Origin: Promethearchaeota archaeon
GTDB lineage: Archaea > Asgardarchaeota > Lokiarchaeia > Sigyniarchaeales > Promethearchaeaceae
Direction: 5' to 3'
DNA: 32,000 nucleotides
NCBI GenBank assembly: GCA_016933055.1
Contig: JAFGBS010000031.1
Coordinates: 1-32,000, forward strand
The position numbers and the translations under genes were made by a program. A model generated the notes under the pieces. That model was not told the DNA's origin. It worked only from the letters and a program-made list of their open reading frames with translations, and searched no databases. Below, one piece after another: positions 26,063 through 32,000 of this stretch. The number at the start of each line of letters is the position of its first letter. The stretch's first letter is position 1.

Positions 26063-27523
26063 ATGAAAACCTTTGATGCTATGAATTTTTCAGTTTGGCA
26101 AATTATTCTTTTACTATCGATCGTAATCGGTTCCTATTTCTTTACACACGAATTATTTAAACGATATATCGAATTTGCTAAGACACGAAATTGGATTGGC
26201 AGGGATATTCATAAAAAAACTCATCCTTCAGTAGCAGAATCTGGAGGGATTCCCTTTGTATTGGGAATGATTCCGGGACAAATTCTTATCATGATTTTTT
26301 TTCCAGCTGTCTGGAGAGAGACGCTTGCTTTTTCATTAACTGTACTCTTATCCGGAATTGTTGGATTTTGTGATGATAGATACACCTTATCTTCTTTCAA
26401 GAAAATAATTTTGATGATAATAACAGGGCTCCCTTTGTTTCTGTTAAACTTGGATTTGAGTTCAATAATTTGGCCTAAATGGCTGCACTGGCTGAGTTAT
26501 TTCAAGATTGGGTTTATTCATATTAATGATCCAATTATTCCGATTTTAGGTCAAACTCAATTAACCTTAATCTATCAGTTAGCTATTCCCATCATCATTA
26601 TGGTACTCACGAACGGAGTCAATATGTTAGAAGGTTACAATGGGGAGGGTTCTGGAACCAGCCTAATTGTAATATGTTTTATGATTTTCTATTCATTGAT
26701 TGCAAAATCCTCTGAGGGTTTGATTTTTTCTCTGTCTGTGATAGGTGCCCTCACAGCGTTCTTAAAATTTAATAAATTTCCCGCAAAAGTTTTTCCCGGA
26801 GATGTAGGCACATTATCGTTAGGGGCGACAATTGCATGCATAGGGTTATTTGGAAGTATCGAAGTTGCTATGTTTTGTGCAATCCTTGTTCATATATTTA
26901 ACGGTTTTTATGTCATTGCATCTCTCCGTGGGTTTCGGGAGAGACATACTATAAAGACTCAAGACATAGTTATTACAGATTATAGTTTAATCGAGGCATC
27001 AAAAGAGGAGTCCGATCACCTTACTTTACCCCGTCTTATTCTTGCAGATAAACCTTTGACAGAACCCTTATTAGTTAGAAATATTTGGGCTTTAGGAGTT
27101 GTAGGAGGATTGTTCGGTATAGTATCAGAGACCGTTAGACAGTCTCGTTGGACTCCCCTTCCATTATTTGGTGAAGGAAATGGGGGAGATTTGCATTGGA
27201 TCTGGATTTTGGTAGCCTTATTAATATCCGGAAGTCTTTATGTGATAATTATTATAAAGTTCAAAGCCATACGGGTAATTTCTTTTTTCATGATAACCTT
27301 ATTGATTGTAGGTTTGGGATTGTTAGTGCTTTTACGGATATTATTAATACAAGCAGATGCTCAATGGTTCCGATACATTAATTGGTTGATCGCAGGCATT
27401 CTTGCAATAGGGGGTCTTATCATCTGGTACGTTTTGTCTGTAAAGCATTTGCAAATGAAAATTTCGAAATTGAAAGAACACAATGGAGAAACTTCAAATA
27501 AAAATAAACTCACACCCACTTAA
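26063..27523 (+). CDS. UDP-GlcNAc:dolichyl-phosphate GlcNAc-1-phosphotransferase (DPAGT1/Alg7/AglH-like) with extra C-terminal TM region
   Basis: GRDIHK, VAESGG, GFCDD, NGVNMLEGYNG, FNKFPAKVFPGDVGT; highly hydrophobic throughout. Confidence 0.9.
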   Translation: MKTFDAMNFSVWQIILLLSIVIGSYFFTHELFKRYIEFAKTRNWIGRDIHKKTHPSVAESGGIPFVLGMIPGQILIMIFFPAVWRETLAFSLTVLLSGIVGFCDDRYTLSSFKKIILMIITGLPLFLLNLDLSSIIWPKWLHWLSYFKIGFIHINDPIIPILGQTQLTLIYQLAIPIIIMVLTNGVNMLEGYNGEGSGTSLIVICFMIFYSLIAKSSEGLIFSLSVIGALTAFLKFNKFPAKVFPGDVGTLSLGATIACIGLFGSIEVAMFCAILVHIFNGFYVIASLRGFRERHTIKTQDIVITDYSLIEASKEESDHLTLPRLILADKPLTEPLLVRNIWALGVVGGLFGIVSETVRQSRWTPLPLFGEGNGGDLHWIWILVALLISGSLYVIIIIKFKAIRVISFFMITLLIVGLGLLVLLRILLIQADAQWFRYINWLIAGILAIGGLIIWYVLSVKHLQMKISKLKEHNGETSNKNKLTPT

Positions 27524-27542
27524 TAATTGGATTAGAATTACC

Positions 27543-28628
27543 ATGAAAAAAATACTTATTACTGGAGCCGGTGGACCAGCGGGAGTTAATGTTTTACGCA
27601 GCCTTCGAGATTCTGATGAAGTCATGAAATTATATGGCACTGATATTAGCGCTTACCATGTAGAATTTGCTAGACCCTTCCTCGATGACATCTTTATCGT
27701 ACCTCGTTGTACGGCTCCTAATTACATAGAGGAACTGAATAAAATCATTGATGCGTATGGAATAGAATTCGTGCATCCTCAACCAGATATAGAAGTAAAG
27801 GTGATTTCAGAAAAACGAGATCAATTACATGCAAAAACTTACCTGCCGAGCAAAGAAACAGTAAAAATCTGCCATGATAAGAATCTTTCAGCAAAAGCAT
27901 GGGACGAAAACGGGTTTCCTACTGTAAAATCCATCATTTTACATGATGAATCTTTGAAAAACGACTTAGAGAAAGCATTCCAAGAGCTGGGTCCAAATTT
28001 ATGGATACGCGCAACCCAAGGTGCAGGGGGAACGGGTTCTACCCCCTGTGATTCGATCGAATTAGGCATTCATTGGATTAAATATTGGAGGGCTCGGAAA
28101 AAAGAATGGGTTTTTATTGCTCAAGAAAATCTAACAGGGAGAAATGTTGCATTCCAAAGTGTTTGGGAAAATGGGAAACTAATTACTTCTCAAGCACGAG
28201 AACGATTAGAATATATTTATCCCTATCTTGCACCCTCGGGAGTGACTGGAACCCCTGTAGTGGCAGCTACAGTGAATAATGATAAAGTTAATGAAATGGC
28301 AACTAAAGCAGTGCTTTCTATTGATAGCCACGCCAGTGGTGTATTTTGTGTAGATATGAAATATGATCAGAGTGGTATCCCCATGCCAACGGAAATCAAT
28401 CCGGGAAGATTCTTCACCACCAGTTACTTCTTTTCGTATGCTGGCAAACAATATAATGTCCCGTATGCAAATATGCCTTATATGGTGACAAAATTAGCAT
28501 TTGGTGATCCTATTCCGCCAGACACGAAACAATATAATATTTTGCCGGAAGGATTGCATTGGATCCGCCATATCGATTGTTCTTTTCATCTCATCCCTAA
28601 AGACAAACTCATGGAGGAAAAATTCTAG
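27543..28628 (+). CDS. ATP-grasp ligase (CarB/PylC-like fold)
   Basis: ILITGAGGPAG, FVHPQPD, CHDK, QGAGGTG, FIAQENLTG, FCVDMK, PTEINPGRF. ATG 27543 preferred because it avoids overlap with the upstream gene. Confidence 0.8.
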   Translation: MKKILITGAGGPAGVNVLRSLRDSDEVMKLYGTDISAYHVEFARPFLDDIFIVPRCTAPNYIEELNKIIDAYGIEFVHPQPDIEVKVISEKRDQLHAKTYLPSKETVKICHDKNLSAKAWDENGFPTVKSIILHDESLKNDLEKAFQELGPNLWIRATQGAGGTGSTPCDSIELGIHWIKYWRARKKEWVFIAQENLTGRNVAFQSVWENGKLITSQARERLEYIYPYLAPSGVTGTPVVAATVNNDKVNEMATKAVLSIDSHASGVFCVDMKYDQSGIPMPTEINPGRFFTTSYFFSYAGKQYNVPYANMPYMVTKLAFGDPIPPDTKQYNILPEGLHWIRHIDCSFHLIPKDKLMEEKF

Positions 28629-29711
28629 ATGAAGGTACCAATCGTGCAACTAGAATTACCGGAAATTGTCTTAGAAGAAGTAAAAGCAGTATTAAAAAGT
28701 GGAATGTGGGCAGAAGGGAAACCAGTTCGAGATCTTGAACAAGAATTTGCGGGATTTACGGGAGCAAAATTCTGTAGAGCGGTAAATAATGGCACTTCTG
28801 CTTTACTTGCGTCTATTTATGGTGCAGAGTTAAAGCCGGAAGATGAGGTAATTATTCCAAGTTTTTCCTTTATCGCAACCGCTAACTGTTTAATTCCATT
28901 CGGTATCAGACCTGTATTTGCAGATATTGATCTTTCAACCTTTACCCTTTCACCCCAATCCATCAAATATGCGATTAGCCCTAAAACCAAAGCACTTATG
29001 CCTGTCCACTTGTATGGATTGTGTGCTAATATGGATGAAATTCAAGAAATTGCGGATGAAAATGATCTCATAGTAATAGAGGATGCGTGTCAATCCCATG
29101 GTGCTGAAATTCACGGTAAAAAAGCAGGAAATTTAGGAGAAATCGCAGCATTTTCATTATATCCTACAAAAAACATGTTTTCGGGTGGAGAGGGTGGTTT
29201 GATCACAACTAATAACGAAGAATTGTACGAAAAAATAAATCGATTTGTGAATCACGGTCAAACTGAGAAATATATTCATACAGAACTTGGATTTAACTTT
29301 CGTATGCCTGCTGTTGCAGGGGTAATTGCACGGCACAGTTTGTCCGAACTGCCAAATAATAATAAAAAACGAATACATAATGCCGAGCTTTATAATGAAC
29401 TACTGGAAAAAATTCCTGAAGTAAAAATTCCCGAAGTTCCCAAAGGATATCACCATGTTTATCACCAGTACACCATTCGAGTACCGAATCGGGATCTTCT
29501 AGCAGAAAATTTATCAAAAAATGAAATTGGGTATGGTATTCATTATAAGATCCCCATACACCAACAACAAGTGTACAAGGAAATTAAAACTATCTCATTA
29601 AAACACACAGAAAAAGCAGCAGATGAAGTAATTTCATTACCTATACATCCATTACTAACTGATGAACAGATTCAGTTTGTTGCCAGTACCATCGAAAAAT
29701 TTTATAAATAG
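28629..29711 (+). CDS. DegT/DnrJ/EryC1/StrS PLP-dependent sugar aminotransferase
   Basis: VNNGTSAL, PVHLYG, IEDACQSHG, FSLYPTKNM (PLP Lys), GEGG, GFNFRM; ATG directly abuts the upstream TAG. Confidence 0.94.
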   Translation: MKVPIVQLELPEIVLEEVKAVLKSGMWAEGKPVRDLEQEFAGFTGAKFCRAVNNGTSALLASIYGAELKPEDEVIIPSFSFIATANCLIPFGIRPVFADIDLSTFTLSPQSIKYAISPKTKALMPVHLYGLCANMDEIQEIADENDLIVIEDACQSHGAEIHGKKAGNLGEIAAFSLYPTKNMFSGGEGGLITTNNEELYEKINRFVNHGQTEKYIHTELGFNFRMPAVAGVIARHSLSELPNNNKKRIHNAELYNELLEKIPEVKIPEVPKGYHHVYHQYTIRVPNRDLLAENLSKNEIGYGIHYKIPIHQQQVYKEIKTISLKHTEKAADEVISLPIHPLLTDEQIQFVASTIEKFYK

Positions 29712-29732
29712 AATCCTATGCGTGGTACTTCA

Positions 29733-29741
29733 TTTTTTTTT
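29733..29741 (+). terminator. Oligo-T tract, possible archaeal terminator
   Basis: T9 run about 20 nt after the aminotransferase stop, between convergent genes. Confidence 0.35.
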
Positions 29742-29752
29742 AGTTTGTTTGA

Positions 29753-30130
29753 TTAGTCATATAAATGTTCAATCATTTCAATTAGGTCATCTACATCTTC
29801 AAAATCATTGTCCCAAACTGCCTCGTCTATTTTTCTAATAAACCCAGATGGAGCTACTGCGCATAAAATCTGTCGAGATTTACTTTTATCTTTAGTATTT
29901 ACCTTGATAGTGTTTTGAATGAATTTATTGCTATTTTCCGTAAATACCTTACCAACAATATCATAACTTATAGGGAATCGCCAACACTGTCCAATCCCAA
30001 CTTCTGCTGTATACGAATTTTCAACTTGTTCCTCAATCACAATAACAACTTCATTTCCATTCTCTGGTATCTCTACAATATCCATTTTTTCCCGCATTTT
30101 CTCTTTTAACTTAGTAATATGGTCAAACAT
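29753..30130 (-). CDS. Hypothetical acidic protein
   Basis: 125-aa ATG-start ORF filling the gap between neighbours; no family recognised. Confidence 0.6.
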   Translation of the reverse strand: MFDHITKLKEKMREKMDIVEIPENGNEVVIVIEEQVENSYTAEVGIGQCWRFPISYDIVGKVFTENSNKFIQNTIKVNTKDKSKSRQILCAVAPSGFIRKIDEAVWDNDFEDVDDLIEMIEHLYD

Positions 30131-30304
30131 AGATTCTATTTGTATTCATATGTTTAATAAAAATTCTGTATACTATGGTTTAATGGGTTAAGAATATGAA
30201 AGTGGTAAAAATAAAAGAAAAAAATAATTATTATTAATCGCTGTAGATTGTTGGATACATTACATACAACAATAAGATGCAAAGATTCCTAATTCTTGAT
30301 AAAA

Positions 30305-30556
30305 TCATGTAACTATCCGAACATTTTTTGCTTCAACAGTGTCGTCTTTTTGTCCCGGACCAACCTCGAATCTTACTTTTAAACCAGGTAAAAGAGTCTT
30401 AAAACCTTCCATTTCGATTTGGCGCCAATGAACAAAAATTTCTTCTTGATTTTCTTCGGGTTCATCCGGATTTCGAATGATAAATCCATAGCCTTTCTTT
30501 GAGCTAAACCATTTAACTCTTCCAGTTTCTATACTTTCTGTCAAAAATTTCACCAT
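30305..30556 (-). CDS. Cold-shock domain protein (CspA family)
   Basis: GRVKWFSSKKGYGFI (RNP1), EIFVHW (RNP2), GFKTL.PG..VRFEV..G. Confidence 0.93.
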   Translation of the reverse strand: MVKFLTESIETGRVKWFSSKKGYGFIIRNPDEPEENQEEIFVHWRQIEMEGFKTLLPGLKVRFEVGPGQKDDTVEAKNVRIVT

Positions 30557-30741
30557 ATTTCCATATTTCTGTGACTGGAATACGGCATTATTCCAATTGA
30601 ATTTGGATATTGCCTTAATTTTTGGAAAAACCAGATTCGATAAAAATATTATCTTAAGTCATATCTAAAAAGAAGGGAAACCTACTCACAGACAAATAGT
30701 TATAAATCTAATAATGAATAACCACAATTAAGGGACGATAA

Positions 30742-31203
30742 ATGGTACTATACGAACTTGGGTTGTTAAAGAATGGAATGCTAATTTATGAGAAAAGCTT
30801 CTATCATTTGAAGAACTTAAGACGTATATCTCAAGAAACCAAGGGACAGTTTCTCGATGCGATTTTTAATATGACAAAGGTTAGTATGTCAGAAAAGATC
30901 AATACTTTAAAACTGAAACAGTACAAAATTGTATTCAAGGAGAAAGAACGACTTATTGATGATAGCCAACCAGCAGTAATATACCTAGTTTATGTTATTG
31001 GTGATAAACGCTTAAACACGAAATTTTGCTCAAAAATTTTAGAAACCTTGTTAGATTTATACTTATCTGAATTTGAGAAGAATGCTAATCCCTACGTTGC
31101 AGAAAAAATTAAAGAAGGAAGTGATTTGGATGAGAAAATCTCGAAAATTATTGGGGACTTTTACGCAACTTCAATTGACAGAATGTCAGATCTTTTTTTT
31201 TAG
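30742..31203 (+). CDS. Small longin-like domain protein (Asgard type)
   Basis: beta-beta-alpha-beta-beta-beta-alpha pattern: LGLLKNGMLIYEKSF, GQFLDAIFNMTK, INTLKLKQYKIVF, YLVYVIGD, ILETLLDLYLSEF. Confidence 0.55.
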   Translation: MVLYELGLLKNGMLIYEKSFYHLKNLRRISQETKGQFLDAIFNMTKVSMSEKINTLKLKQYKIVFKEKERLIDDSQPAVIYLVYVIGDKRLNTKFCSKILETLLDLYLSEFEKNANPYVAEKIKEGSDLDEKISKIIGDFYATSIDRMSDLFF

Positions 31204-31212
31204 GGATTTATC

Positions 31213-32000
31213 ATGGCTATGAAACCAGGGTTCCGTATTATTACAGCAAGCATATTCGGATTAGCAGTTGCAATTCCTATATTCCTCATCAATTACAATT
31301 TATCCCCCCTTAATACTACAGGAGAAGGACTAATTGAAATAATTCTACTTTCAGTGGTTCTATTTATTGATATATTCCTCGCATTTGTTTCATATTGGCT
31401 AATACGTAACTTATTTTCGAAGAGATGGGTAATTTTAGAAAAATCTCCAGATTCACGGATCTTCCGAATTCCCATTAATAAATTGCGCAATTCTTCATTG
31501 ACAACGGAGGAAGAATTCAATATAATCTCGTTAATCAATGGTCAAGTGGAAAATCCCTTAAAACCAGTATATGATAAGGCGACTTCACTATTCTGTGAAA
31601 TCATTTACCCAAAAAATATCAACATTAATGCTCTTATTTTATATTGCCATGGTTTTAATGATAGTTCGGAAAAAATACGTTATAAAACCTATGCATTAGC
31701 AGAACTCGGATATACAGTTTTCGTATGGGATGCAAGAGGGATGGGAAAATCATCCAAAGCGGGAAAGAAAGGGGATTTTCTCACCAGAAATATGGATACT
31801 GCTGCATTGTGTAAGTTTCTTATCCAATTACCTATATTTAAAGATTACAAGTTCATTATCGTAGGAGAGAGTATGGGAGGGATTAGTGCAGCTTATGTTC
31901 TTAATCAAATACCGAAAAAGATTGATAAATGTATTCTAATTTCAACACCGTCCATTTTTAACCAGACTTTTAAGCGAAGATTATTTCCATTTTCCCGTAG
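31213..32000 (+). CDS. Membrane-anchored alpha/beta hydrolase (runs off the right edge)
   Basis: Hand translation from ATG 31213: two hydrophobic segments, then LYCHGFND, WDARGMGKS and nucleophile elbow VGESMGG; no stop before 32000. Confidence 0.88.
   Translation, partial: MAMKPGFRIITASIFGLAVAIPIFLINYNLSPLNTTGEGLIEIILLSVVLFIDIFLAFVSYWLIRNLFSKRWVILEKSPDSRIFRIPINKLRNSSLTTEEEFNIISLINGQVENPLKPVYDKATSLFCEIIYPKNININALILYCHGFNDSSEKIRYKTYALAELGYTVFVWDARGMGKSSKAGKKGDFLTRNMDTAALCKFLIQLPIFKDYKFIIVGESMGGISAAYVLNQIPKKIDKCILISTPSIFNQTFKRRLFPFSR

Noticed and set aside
31293-31538. 81-aa minus-strand ORF
   Set aside because: Antisense to the truncated alpha/beta hydrolase, which has clear catalytic motifs.
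1-32000. CRISPR array, IS element, prophage or defence system
   Set aside because: No regularly spaced repeats, transposase, integrase or viral hallmark genes were seen; MazG and the YqgF-like nuclease sit in housekeeping contexts.

Overview
AT-rich, gene-dense archaeal chromosomal segment, most likely from an Asgard archaeon (Lokiarchaeia/Promethearchaeota-like). That assignment is inferred from the co-occurrence of a roadblock/LC7 protein, a longin-like protein, ribophorin I, an OSTC/DC2-like protein, Sec61beta and an RPC34/TFE-beta-like protein. I find 34 CDS (two truncated by the window edges and absent from the ORF track), one possible gene remnant and one intronless tRNA-Gln(UUG). No CRISPR array, transposase or integrase is visible. 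The left third holds housekeeping genes: a surface Ig-repeat protein, ferredoxin, YqgF-like nuclease, two RadA/RadB paralogues, Trm1, RlmE, GcvH, MptE, TFE-beta-like and an NAD kinase. From about 10.7 to 29.7 kb lies a protein-maturation and N-glycosylation neighbourhood: DC2-like, M48 protease, MetAP2 with a basic tail, nucleotide-sugar enzymes, Sec61beta head-to-head with ribophorin I, two GT4s, a DPAGT1/AglH-like transferase, an ATP-grasp enzyme and a DegT aminotransferase. The strongest lead is a possible OST-A-like (translocon-coupled) glycosylation module. All family calls come from motif recognition by eye; no searches were run.
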